Origin: a virus
Lineage: Duplodnaviria > Caudoviricetes
Reading direction: 5' to 3' (one strand)
IMG/VR virus record: IMGVR_UViG_3300042140_000371
Coordinates: 1 to 40,665 of that record
DNA length: 40,665 nt
Position 1 is the first letter of the stretch. Every line of letters begins with the position of its first letter. A program made the position numbers and the translations under genes. Shown in pieces: positions 17,958-26,114 of the stretch. The notes beneath the pieces are model-generated. The model did no database searches. It saw only the letters and a list, made by a program, of their open reading frames with translations, and was not told where the DNA came from.

Positions 17958-18425
17958 TTACTTGGATACGGGGTTTAAGGTGGACAACAATTGCACCTTG
18001 ATCTTGGTGCCGGTAGTGTTTTCGATGACCCGGCCGATGGCCAATGCCACGCCGGAAACTTTGGCTAGGGTGCCTGGCAATAAGGCGTTGCCGGTGTCCT
18101 TGGCGGGCCCGACAAAATCGCCGATCACGTAGCTGGCGCTTGAGGCGTCAAATTCAAACACGCCGCTGCAATCCACTCGGATAATGTTGTCGGTTGAATT
18201 GCCGTGAACCCTGGCTTCGCCTGCCAGCTTCTTCTGACCGGAAAGGCCAAGAAACTTGGTCGCAAAGTTGGTTTGGGTGGTGGCAAGGTTGGTGTCCCAG
18301 GTTTCAGCGCTGGCAAGGTAAACATTGCCGGACGTGTAACCAAGGATGTCGCCAACGGCGATTGCGGTGGCGGTTTGGCATGGGGCGCTTACGGGGTTGG
18401 TTTCGCCGTATAAATATCTGGACAT
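17958..18425 (-). CDS. Capsid decoration / cement protein
   Basis: TAIAVGDIL...GVFEFD...IGDFVG...AIGRVIE pattern; between scaffold and capsid. Confidence 0.7.
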   Translation of the reverse strand: MSRYLYGETNPVSAPCQTATAIAVGDILGYTSGNVYLASAETWDTNLATTQTNFATKFLGLSGQKKLAGEARVHGNSTDNIIRVDCSGVFEFDASSASYVIGDFVGPAKDTGNALLPGTLAKVSGVALAIGRVIENTTGTKIKVQLLSTLNPVSK

Positions 18426-18450
18426 GGTTCTTTTCCTTTCTTAGCTGTTC

Positions 18451-19812
18451 TTAGCTGTTGATTAATTCAGTCAAAAACTGGGTATAGGTATCAGTTGCAA
18501 CCACGCTGGTTGAAACTGGTTTTACAATGGTGCGCTTGGCAACGGCCTTGCGGTCTGCAATCAGTTTTGGCCAGGCCGATTCTTTCAGCTTCATAAGCTG
18601 CGTAACGAATACGGTGGTAATGGCCTCGCTTGGAATTTTTGCTTCCTTGCAAGTGCGCAAAAGCTTGGCACGTTTTTTCCTAAGACTTTCTTGGACACGG
18701 TAGGCGTCCAACTCGGCCATTAATGCCTGCACTTTAGGGTTGATTGATTCATACCGATTTTGTTTTCTACCTCCAAACTGCCCGTAAATTGCGTCGGCAT
18801 GTTTTCTTTGTTCTTCTTTTTCTTTTTCCTTAGCTGCATTTTTTGGAGGATACATGCCGGTTTTTGCAAAGTATTCTGCGTTTTCGTAATCTTCTTGGCG
18901 GCCTTCTTCAACGGGTTCCTCATCACCTAGTAGGGCGGATTCCATGGCGGCGCTTTCGTCGTCGCCGTCGTCGCCTTCCTCGATGGGTTCCATTTCCTGA
19001 TCATCGACGCCGTCCCCCTCGGGTGCTGGGGCTGGCATTTCCTCGTCGTTTTCTGCGACGGGTTCGGCGCCTTCGTCGTCCATCAGCTTGAGGGCGCCAA
19101 GGATTTTCTTGCGCTTGTCGGCGGCTGATAGGCCGGCGTCGTTGACGATTGCCATGATGGCGTTGCCCAAGTGCTCGGCGTAGTTGTCGCCTTCGTCAAT
19201 GGCTTCATCAACGGGGGCTTCGTCCATGTCGCTGTTGATTGCCGGGGGTGGTGCCATTTCTGGATTTTCATCAGGGTTCATCTGCCTGTTCCTTTCGTTG
19301 TAGCTTTCAAAAATTCCTCGGGTCGTTGCGGGGTCGGCCACTAGGTCGACGCTGTCCACGTCCCGTATCTCTGTGACTAACTCGCCGCCCTCGGCGGTGT
19401 TTTTGACTTCTGCGGTTGCGTTGTGGCTTAAGCCGATGGCGCTGGGGTCGTTCTTGATCCACCAGTTAAAGGCTTCGGCTAAAGGGTGCTTTGGGTTGTA
19501 TTGCAAGTCGCCATACAGGCCATCGGCGCCCATGCGTACGTTGACCATGCGGCCGAAACGCTCCGAGAATTTGCGGGGGTCGGTGCCGGTGTTGTGGTCA
19601 AGGTTGACCTTGACGCCCTCGTACTTGTGCACGGCGGCTTGGATTGCTTCTTTGGTGTAGGTGCGGTTGTTGCGTGATTTGAAGCCGAGGATTTTGCAAC
19701 CTGGGATAGTGGGGGGTGGGGGATTTTCTCCACGGGCCTTGACGACGGCAATGGCGGCCACTTTGGGCAGGCCCTTAATGACGTCTTCCATGATGTTGAT
19801 AATTCTGCTCAT
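18451..19812 (-). CDS. Prohead protease (T4 gp21-like) fused to acidic scaffold region
   Basis: SRNNRTYTKEAI, NLDH, GLSHNA, SVDLVADPAT motifs; long acidic C-terminal part; start 19812 or a nearby downstream ATG. Confidence 0.8.
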   Translation of the reverse strand: MSRIINIMEDVIKGLPKVAAIAVVKARGENPPPPTIPGCKILGFKSRNNRTYTKEAIQAAVHKYEGVKVNLDHNTGTDPRKFSERFGRMVNVRMGADGLYGDLQYNPKHPLAEAFNWWIKNDPSAIGLSHNATAEVKNTAEGGELVTEIRDVDSVDLVADPATTRGIFESYNERNRQMNPDENPEMAPPPAINSDMDEAPVDEAIDEGDNYAEHLGNAIMAIVNDAGLSAADKRKKILGALKLMDDEGAEPVAENDEEMPAPAPEGDGVDDQEMEPIEEGDDGDDESAAMESALLGDEEPVEEGRQEDYENAEYFAKTGMYPPKNAAKEKEKEEQRKHADAIYGQFGGRKQNRYESINPKVQALMAELDAYRVQESLRKKRAKLLRTCKEAKIPSEAITTVFVTQLMKLKESAWPKLIADRKAVAKRTIVKPVSTSVVATDTYTQFLTELINS

Positions 19813-19816
19813 ACTT

Positions 19817-19826
19817 GTAAATGACA
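19817..19826 (-). promoter_or_regulatory. TGTCATTTAC, variant (8/10) of the GGTCATTTAT motif
   Basis: Between sigma stop and protease start, heading the protease-capsid block. Confidence 0.5.
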
Positions 19827-19845
19827 CGGTGGCGGGGGTGAATGA

Positions 19846-20322
19846 TTAATCGGTGAAAATTTTCAACATTTCTAGGCCCTGCTCATACAGCGCCATGGTG
19901 TCGCCTGCGGTGTGCCCGGTGGCCCGTGCGGCTTGGGTGATAGTGGCCCGGTTGAAATAACGCTCTCGCATGACTTGGGCGTGCTCGGGGGGCAGTATTT
20001 CCAGGGCGTCGCTAATCAGGTCGTCGGCGGCGTGCCTGCGGTCCATGCCGAGCTCATCCCCGATCAGCGGGTCGAATGAGTTTTCCCACAATGGCCGGCG
20101 CCCGAAAACATAGCGGTAGATGCTGCCCTTGACCCAAAGGCCCGCATAGGCCCCGAAGGTCACGCCTTTGGAATCGTCCCAATGGTTTGCGGCCTTGATC
20201 AGGCCCAGCCAGCCTTGCTGCTGTAGGTCGTCCAGTTCGGCGGTGGACATGGACTTATAAAAGCTGGCCACTTTTAGGACTAGGGGCTCATGGGCTAGGA
20301 TTTGCTCGTGGGTTGCAGGCAT
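19846..20322 (-). CDS. Phage-encoded sigma70-family RNA polymerase sigma factor
   Basis: Region 2: DDLQQQGWLGLIKAANHWDDSKGVTFGAYAGLWVKGSI; region 4-like: ALEILPPEHAQVMRERY...TITQAARATG. Confidence 0.9.
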   Translation of the reverse strand: MPATHEQILAHEPLVLKVASFYKSMSTAELDDLQQQGWLGLIKAANHWDDSKGVTFGAYAGLWVKGSIYRYVFGRRPLWENSFDPLIGDELGMDRRHAADDLISDALEILPPEHAQVMRERYFNRATITQAARATGHTAGDTMALYEQGLEMLKIFTD

Positions 20323-20331
20323 GCGGCCCCT

Positions 20332-21873
20332 TTAAAACGTGGGCGCTGGTTGGTCGGGCTGAGGTGCTCCCCCTGCTCCTTCAGCGCCGGCGGCGTCTTG
20401 TGCCGGCTGGCCTTGTGCCCCATCGGTGCCCGGCTGCTGCTGCGGCGGCTGGGCGGGATCGGCCTTAAGATTTTTGCTCTCGGTTTCGTAGTCCAAGCCT
20501 AATTCGCTGCAAATGGTTTGCTTGGATTTGATACCAATTTCTAAATAAGTTCGGTTGGTGCTGGCTTCCCGGTCGGTGTCCCGTGTTACCAGGCTGGGCC
20601 CTTCGCATTTGATGGTCACGTCGGTTAATACGCTGGCGGGCAAAATGCCACGGTCTACGGCGGCCCGGATCTGGCGCCATATTAAACTGCGGTTGGGGTT
20701 GAGTCGGCGCTCCCCGAATGCCTGCCCTAGTAATGCCTGCATGCGTTTGAAGGTGCGGTGGGCTGGGCCTTCGGCGACTAGGGCGCTGGCGTAGTTGTTG
20801 TTGCTGGCGTCGGCCGACATCATGGTTTCACTGATGCCGTAGCGGCTGGCGATGGCCCGCAAATTAGCCTGCAAGGCGTCGATGATGCCGCCGGCGTCCA
20901 GGTTGGCTGCGGGAAACTCGTAATCAATGTTGTCCGACGACGTGAGAATCGACCCGTAGCCAAAACGGTTGAGGTTTGACGTTTGGCCGGTGTTGGGGTC
21001 GGTGATGGTGGCGTCGGTGCTGGTGGCGCTCAGGGCTGCCAGGGCGTCGGGCGGTGCGTCCTTGACCTTGCGGATGACGGCGAATTTGGCCCGTGCCTTG
21101 GCCAGCGTGATCAAGCTGGTTAGCAGGTCTTCGCAAAAGCGAAAATTGCCTTCGACGGCGTAGGTGGTGGGCAGGCCACGCTTGGCATTGCTGTCGGTGT
21201 TTAACTTTAGATGCAGGATGTTTTCGGCTTCAATCAGGGTGGGGGTCAGGCTTTCAAACGGGCGTTCGATCACCCAATAGCCCCGAATGGTTTGGGCGTC
21301 TTCGGGGTCCGATTCAATCCCGAATGAATGATCGGGCTTGGTGGTGTTGTCGCTGGGGCTGCGGATTAGTTCGGGCTCGATAAAGCGCAATGCGATTAGC
21401 CCGCCCTGTTGGGGGAACACCCGGATGAAACATTCGCCGTCGACGTGTAGGCGGCGGATGGCTTCGGCCTCAATGTTGGGCAATTCGGAAGCTTCCCGGA
21501 ACAGGTCGATTAACTCCTGCACCTGGCGCACTAGGCTTTCGGATACGGTTTTTTTCCGGGGCATGGCCACGTAGGTAAGGCCGGTTCCGACGACGTAGGA
21601 AATATGGGCGTTGACGGCGGCAATGGCGTATTCGTTATTCTTGCAGATAAGCCTAGAGCGGTCTCGGATCTGCTTAAGTTGGAACCAGTTGATGTAGGTG
21701 GGTAGCGATTCGCCGGTCAGGCGGTTGTCACGTCGGGCAAGGTAGACCTGGCTGCCGCCGTCGGTGAAGCCGTAGGGGCTTTGTTCAGCGAATAGGTCGC
21801 TGCTGGTGCCGTATGGGGAAAACGGCAACGATGCGAAAAAATCGGTGCTTTCCTGAGCCTTTTTTAAGTTCAT
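20332..21873 (-). CDS. Portal protein (lambda-like family)
   Basis: RDRSRLICKNNEYA..AV..HISYVVGTGL, VDGECFI, LRFIEPELI, DASNNNYAS motifs; downstream of terL. Confidence 0.88.
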   Translation of the reverse strand: MNLKKAQESTDFFASLPFSPYGTSSDLFAEQSPYGFTDGGSQVYLARRDNRLTGESLPTYINWFQLKQIRDRSRLICKNNEYAIAAVNAHISYVVGTGLTYVAMPRKKTVSESLVRQVQELIDLFREASELPNIEAEAIRRLHVDGECFIRVFPQQGGLIALRFIEPELIRSPSDNTTKPDHSFGIESDPEDAQTIRGYWVIERPFESLTPTLIEAENILHLKLNTDSNAKRGLPTTYAVEGNFRFCEDLLTSLITLAKARAKFAVIRKVKDAPPDALAALSATSTDATITDPNTGQTSNLNRFGYGSILTSSDNIDYEFPAANLDAGGIIDALQANLRAIASRYGISETMMSADASNNNYASALVAEGPAHRTFKRMQALLGQAFGERRLNPNRSLIWRQIRAAVDRGILPASVLTDVTIKCEGPSLVTRDTDREASTNRTYLEIGIKSKQTICSELGLDYETESKNLKADPAQPPQQQPGTDGAQGQPAQDAAGAEGAGGAPQPDQPAPTF

Positions 21874-21889
21874 GCTGCCCCTGTGTTTA

Positions 21890-22201
21890 TTAAGCGACGT
21901 CGATTACTGCGAATCCGGTCAGGCGGCCGCCGTCCTTGATACGTAAGTTTAAGCCTTTGCCGGCGTCGGCGGCGACAAGGGGCACGGTGGGCGTGCCAAA
22001 ATTGGTCACGTATTGGTTCAAATCGCACAGAATCAGCGGCCCGGTTAGCTGGGTGTTGTCGCTGTCGGCAAAGTCGAACGTGACGCCGCCCAGGTTGGTA
22101 ACGCTCACCATCAGCAAGCTGTTGGTCACGCCAACGGCGGCGTCGGCCAGGCTGTAATTGCCGGGGCCGTTAAAATCAATTTTTATTGTCTGTGCTGCCA
22201 T
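21890..22201 (-). CDS. Hypothetical protein between terL and portal
   Basis: 103 aa, AAGGAG RBS, beta-rich. Confidence 0.7.
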   Translation of the reverse strand: MAAQTIKIDFNGPGNYSLADAAVGVTNSLLMVSVTNLGGVTFDFADSDNTQLTGPLILCDLNQYVTNFGTPTVPLVAADAGKGLNLRIKDGGRLTGFAVIDVA

Positions 22202-22216
22202 AAAATAGCTCCTTTC

Positions 22217-23704
22217 TTATAAATGACCTGTGACCCGCTCCACGGCGCTGGAAGCGGGTAAATAGCAGGCTAAATTGAAGGCGTCGGCTAAGTCGGGGCT
22301 TTTACCCAAACGGCGCTTGGTTTGGGTCTTGGCTTCAACGACCCGGCGGTTCATGTTGTCCACGACGAACACCGGCGCCTTAAGCTCGGCCAATAGTTGT
22401 TGCTGTGCGGCCAGCGGTAGTGCCTGCATGGAAAGATTGCCATCTCGGGCCAGTTCAGCGGCCAGGAACCAAAGTTCGCTGCGTAGGTTCGGGAAGTCGC
22501 CGGGCCAGCTCGAAACGGTGGCGGAATTGACGCCCACAAAGTTAAAGCGGTCGGGGCCGCTGCCGCAACAGTCGACGACGCCGGCGCCTAGCCCGCCCTC
22601 GTCGATGTAAATGGGAATGCTTCGGGCGTGCTGGTTGGGGGTGGCGTGCTCGGCGGCCAGTTCCTTTAGGCGCTGCGCTGTTTGCGTGATGGTCCAACCT
22701 CGATGCGCTTCAATGGCAATTAGGCAGCGGCCCCGGCGTACAACCATGACGGTACGGTCATCCCCGAACCGGGCAACGTCGCATCCAATGGCGGCCAGCC
22801 AGTTTGGCTCAACGGCCATGGGCTGCAAGAGCAAGGCCAGGGCGCTGTCGCCCCATACGCTATTGATGGCCCTGGTTGGCCAGCGGCCAAGGATTTGTAT
22901 CTCAAATAGGGGGTCTTCGGGTAGGTAGGTGACGCCCTCAAAGGTGAAGGCGTTCCACGGGTGCGGCTCGTCGGGGCTTAGTCGCTTGCATTCGCTTTCC
23001 AGGCGCTCGATGACCTGCTGATAGGTAACGGCGCCGGGGATGATGCTTTGCCTGCTGGTCACGTTAGGGTGATCCAAGGCGCTCATTTCCAGCACGGTAT
23101 GCCTGCCGCTGGCTTCCTCGGCATAGGCCGGGCTGCTGACATCGTACGGGTTGTAGATGCCCAGGAAACAATAATTAGGGCCGTCCGATAGCATGGTGCG
23201 GGCACGCTCCCAAAAGATTTTATCGACGCCGGCGGCCTCATCAAACACAATCATCAGAGCGGTGCCGTGCCGGCCCTGAAAGGCGTCGGCCTTGTTGGCG
23301 GTCAGGCCATGAATGAAGTGGTTAGGCGATTCTTCTAGGCGGGTGGCCTTGGGCAGAAAGTGCGGGTCCCGTGGGCGTATGTTGCGAAGTTCCTTGAATA
23401 GCAAGTCGGATACTTGAATATGGGTCGGGGCGGTGGTGAGGACTAGGCCGGGATTGTGCCGGTCATAAAACCACGACGCTGCCAGGGATGCGATGAAGGT
23501 CTTGCCCACGGCGTGGGCTGCCCTGACCAGCACGCTGTAGGGCGGCTGCGTGAGGGCGGTTAATATCTGCGCTTGCTGCGGGGTGATCTTGATGCCCTTG
23601 GCGGCGGCGTAGGCGATGGGGCAGGCAGGCAAAGCGGTGTTGAGGGCGGCCAGTTCAGACCGGGTGCGGCGGGCCATGGCTAGGATTTGCCGGGCGGTCC
23701 TCAT
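22217..23704 (-). CDS. terL: Terminase large subunit
   Basis: Walker A VRAAHAVGKT, Walker B IVFDEAAG, nuclease IGCDVARFGDD and SPDLADA. Confidence 0.93.
   Translation of the reverse strand: MRTARQILAMARRTRSELAALNTALPACPIAYAAAKGIKITPQQAQILTALTQPPYSVLVRAAHAVGKTFIASLAASWFYDRHNPGLVLTTAPTHIQVSDLLFKELRNIRPRDPHFLPKATRLEESPNHFIHGLTANKADAFQGRHGTALMIVFDEAAGVDKIFWERARTMLSDGPNYCFLGIYNPYDVSSPAYAEEASGRHTVLEMSALDHPNVTSRQSIIPGAVTYQQVIERLESECKRLSPDEPHPWNAFTFEGVTYLPEDPLFEIQILGRWPTRAINSVWGDSALALLLQPMAVEPNWLAAIGCDVARFGDDRTVMVVRRGRCLIAIEAHRGWTITQTAQRLKELAAEHATPNQHARSIPIYIDEGGLGAGVVDCCGSGPDRFNFVGVNSATVSSWPGDFPNLRSELWFLAAELARDGNLSMQALPLAAQQQLLAELKAPVFVVDNMNRRVVEAKTQTKRRLGKSPDLADAFNLACYLPASSAVERVTGHL
22219..22228 (-). 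promoter_or_regulatory. GGTCATTTAT motif, candidate late promoter
   Basis: Exact copy in the last codons of terL (GGT CAT TTA TAA), 17 nt upstream of ATG 22201. Confidence 0.7.
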
Positions 23705-23937
23705 AGGGCGGCGCCCGTGGCTTTGGTGATAGATCCTTCAACTGCTTTTTCCATTATTACTAACTGGTTAATGTCGATTAACACCTCCAATCTCATCAGA
23801 CACTTACCCTTGATACACTTTCCTAAGCCGAATGATTGCACATCAAACTCTTGCCCGTTCAAATACATCCGCATTAAATCAGGATTTTCGGGATCAGTAA
23901 CAATTCTCCAATCATCTTTTTTGATCTTATTATTCAT
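23701..23937 (-). CDS. Hypothetical protein (AT-rich, between terS and terL)
   Basis: ATGA overlaps at both ends. Confidence 0.65.
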   Translation of the reverse strand: MNNKIKKDDWRIVTDPENPDLMRMYLNGQEFDVQSFGLGKCIKGKCLMRLEVLIDINQLVIMEKAVEGSITKATGAAL

Positions 23938-24335
23938 GCCTGTTTTCCTGTCGCTCTGTTTATGGCTGCAATAGCTTTATCTATTGCTATACCTTGGTGA
24001 AAAGTTCGGTGATCGTAATCGCTTTCCAGTTCTACTATTTTGAGCCTTCCCAGTGCAAATTGCAGAGCTTCCAACAATCTTGGTGCAGCAGCGATAAGCT
24101 TTGCGTTGGCATATCCCTCATCAATAACAACGCCTTCATCTTCAACACGACACTGAGAAAAAACTTTTGCAATAATTTTTGGAATCAATAGCTTTTCCGG
24201 TGAATCTCTAAGAATTAGCAATGGTGTATCGCTGTCATCTATTAGCCAAGGCCCCGGTGTGTGGCTCATTTTTTTTTCCCCGTTGCATGGTTGTTTTGCG
24301 TAATCATCTTGTGAATTATTTGGCGTTTCCATCAT
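23934..24335 (-). CDS. Hypothetical phage protein of the HTPGPW...ANAxLIAAAP type
   Basis: MSHTPGPW and ANAKLIAAAPRLLEAL motifs are common in phage accessory proteins; start uncertain. Confidence 0.7.
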   Translation of the reverse strand: MMETPNNSQDDYAKQPCNGEKKMSHTPGPWLIDDSDTPLLILRDSPEKLLIPKIIAKVFSQCRVEDEGVVIDEGYANAKLIAAAPRLLEALQFALGRLKIVELESDYDHRTFHQGIAIDKAIAAINRATGKQA

Positions 24336-24739
24336 TTGCCATCGTCCTGGCGTGCCGTGCTGTGGCGTGCCATTTCGCCCCGGATGGCAACCATCTCTCT
24401 GCGTAGCTCATCCAATTCCCTGCGGTCGGTGATTTTGGCAAACAGTTCAGGGTGCCGGCGCTCGAGCAGCCACGCCGACGCCTGCCATGCCAAGCCGCTG
24501 TGCCGTGCCAGGTTGTCCAGGTTGTTGACGATGAATTGGTTTTCGGCGGCGGCCATGCGTTTGACCAGGTCGGCGAATAATCCGCTGGCGGCGGTTTTGC
24601 CCTTCTGGCGCCAGTTGTACAGGGTCTTTTGGTCGATGCCGGCGGTGCTGGCGGCGACCTTGACGGTGGCGCCCAGGGTGATCGCCTTGCATATGGCTTT
24701 GATTTTTTGTTCGTTAATCTCGGCTTTTTTTTTGCCCAT
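24332..24739 (-). CDS. terS: Terminase small subunit (HTH type)
   Basis: GATVKVAASTAGIDQKTLYNWRQKG HTH and WQASAWLLERRHP motif; upstream of terL. Confidence 0.75.
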   Translation of the reverse strand: MGKKKAEINEQKIKAICKAITLGATVKVAASTAGIDQKTLYNWRQKGKTAASGLFADLVKRMAAAENQFIVNNLDNLARHSGLAWQASAWLLERRHPELFAKITDRRELDELRREMVAIRGEMARHSTARQDDGK

Positions 24740-24766
24740 AAAATCCTTTTTTATGTGGGAAAATTA

Positions 24767-25000
24767 CTACTTGGTCACGTCGGGGCCGGGCGGTTCCAGT
24801 TCGCTGCCTTTTATTTCCCCGGATTGCACCCGGCACCACAGGCGCAAGGCTTCCAGCCCCTCGGCCATGTACATCGTTGCGGCGGCCTGTGCTCGGGCGT
24901 AATCGGCGGCGCAATAGCTGCTATAAGTTTCATTGAACCAGTCGATTGGTTCCTGGCATTGGGTTTTAAACGTGGGTTTGTTTGCGTCGGATGGTATCAT
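24767..25000 (-). CDS. Hypothetical protein
   Basis: 77 aa, ATGA overlap with upstream gene. Confidence 0.55.
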   Translation of the reverse strand: MIPSDANKPTFKTQCQEPIDWFNETYSSYCAADYARAQAAATMYMAEGLEALRLWCRVQSGEIKGSELEPPGPDVTK

Positions 25001-25731
25001 CGTCGACCTCGTCGGGGGCCTGCGTGCGGGCTGTTGGGGTTGTTAATCAGGTATTGGGCGGTTCGCATCATGCGCAGGCCAATAGCGCCCCGGTTGGAAT
25101 AGTGGCGCAAGACGGCCCAGTAAAATTTGCCCTTGGACGGTGCAACCATGGCCCTGTTCATGACGGCCCTGGGCACGCTTGGGTAAACGTAACGGCCCGA
25201 CATGTTGCGCCAGCTTGGTCGTAATACAACCATAGTTAAGTCGCCGACGTCCCGAATGTCCTGCTCGCCGCCGTAGTCGCCTCCGTAAATGCGAAAATTA
25301 AGCGCCCCAATCCAAGACGAATCACAATCCACGTCTTGTCCGTCCTGGTAGCCGTAACGCAAAGATAGGTCGGCGTGTTGGGTCACGTCCCGTTTGTTGT
25401 AAGGTCGGGGGTCTTGCCTGGTGGTGCTAGGTGGTAGCACTAATTTGCCACGCCGGCGGCGGCGTTGGTGGTCCCTGTTAAAATTGTTTTTCATGCCTGC
25501 AAGCTCGGCTTTTAATATGCCGTAAAGCCGGTTGTATTCGCTGGATTGGCTTTTTTGTGCCGCTGGTGTGGCGGGCGTAAGGGCCCGGTCTTCCGGCGAC
25601 GGTGGTCGTATTTCAAGCTGTTGTTTTTTAGGCGGCGTCGGCGGCTTGGGCTGGTTGGGCGGCGGCGAATTGCCGAATAGCAACTTGCCAAGAAACTTTC
25701 CCAATGATCCAAAAATAGCTGGTCCTAGCAT
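24997..25731 (-). CDS. KTSC-domain-containing basic protein
   Basis: DSSWIGALNF...LTMV...YVYPSVPRAV...APSKGKFY matches the KTSC pattern; probable start ATG 25731. Confidence 0.7.
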   Translation of the reverse strand: MLGPAIFGSLGKFLGKLLFGNSPPPNQPKPPTPPKKQQLEIRPPSPEDRALTPATPAAQKSQSSEYNRLYGILKAELAGMKNNFNRDHQRRRRRGKLVLPPSTTRQDPRPYNKRDVTQHADLSLRYGYQDGQDVDCDSSWIGALNFRIYGGDYGGEQDIRDVGDLTMVVLRPSWRNMSGRYVYPSVPRAVMNRAMVAPSKGKFYWAVLRHYSNRGAIGLRMMRTAQYLINNPNSPHAGPRRGRR

Positions 25732-25754
25732 AATGACTACCCCTCCCTTCCTCC

Positions 25755-26114
25755 CTAATAAATGACCAGGCGGCAATAAGCGTCGTCTTTGAGCGTTTTT
25801 GGCGGGATGTAACTGATTACCAAATGGTCGATGTGGTTGGTGTTATCCTCGGCTAAAACGCCAATGGAACGCATTAGGTCAAGGCACGCCTTGGCGGTGT
25901 TGTCCAAGTCCCTGGTGCTGCGCCAGCCCTTGCCGCCGTGAATGGAGATGTGGACCTTTGCGGGGTAGTTGCGGTGGGGTTTGGTGGGACCGATTGTCAG
26001 GGTGTTTTCGGTTAGCCAGTCGGTGTATTTTTTGGTGCGGAACGTCTGCCGGCCTCGCCGGCGGTAGAGGTGGTTGACCGATGGGGGAATGGTAAGGGTG
26101 TAAGTGTGGGTCAT
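25755..26114 (-). CDS. rusA: RusA-like Holliday junction resolvase
   Basis: PPSVNHLYR...RDLDNTAKACLDLM...GVLAEDN; start ATG 26114 (ATGA overlap). Confidence 0.85.
   Translation of the reverse strand: MTHTYTLTIPPSVNHLYRRRGRQTFRTKKYTDWLTENTLTIGPTKPHRNYPAKVHISIHGGKGWRSTRDLDNTAKACLDLMRSIGVLAEDNTNHIDHLVISYIPPKTLKDDAYCRLVIY
25758..25767 (-). promoter_or_regulatory. GGTCATTTAT motif, candidate late promoter
   Basis: Exact copy in the last codons of rusA, 26 nt upstream of ATG 25731, heading the packaging block. Confidence 0.7.
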
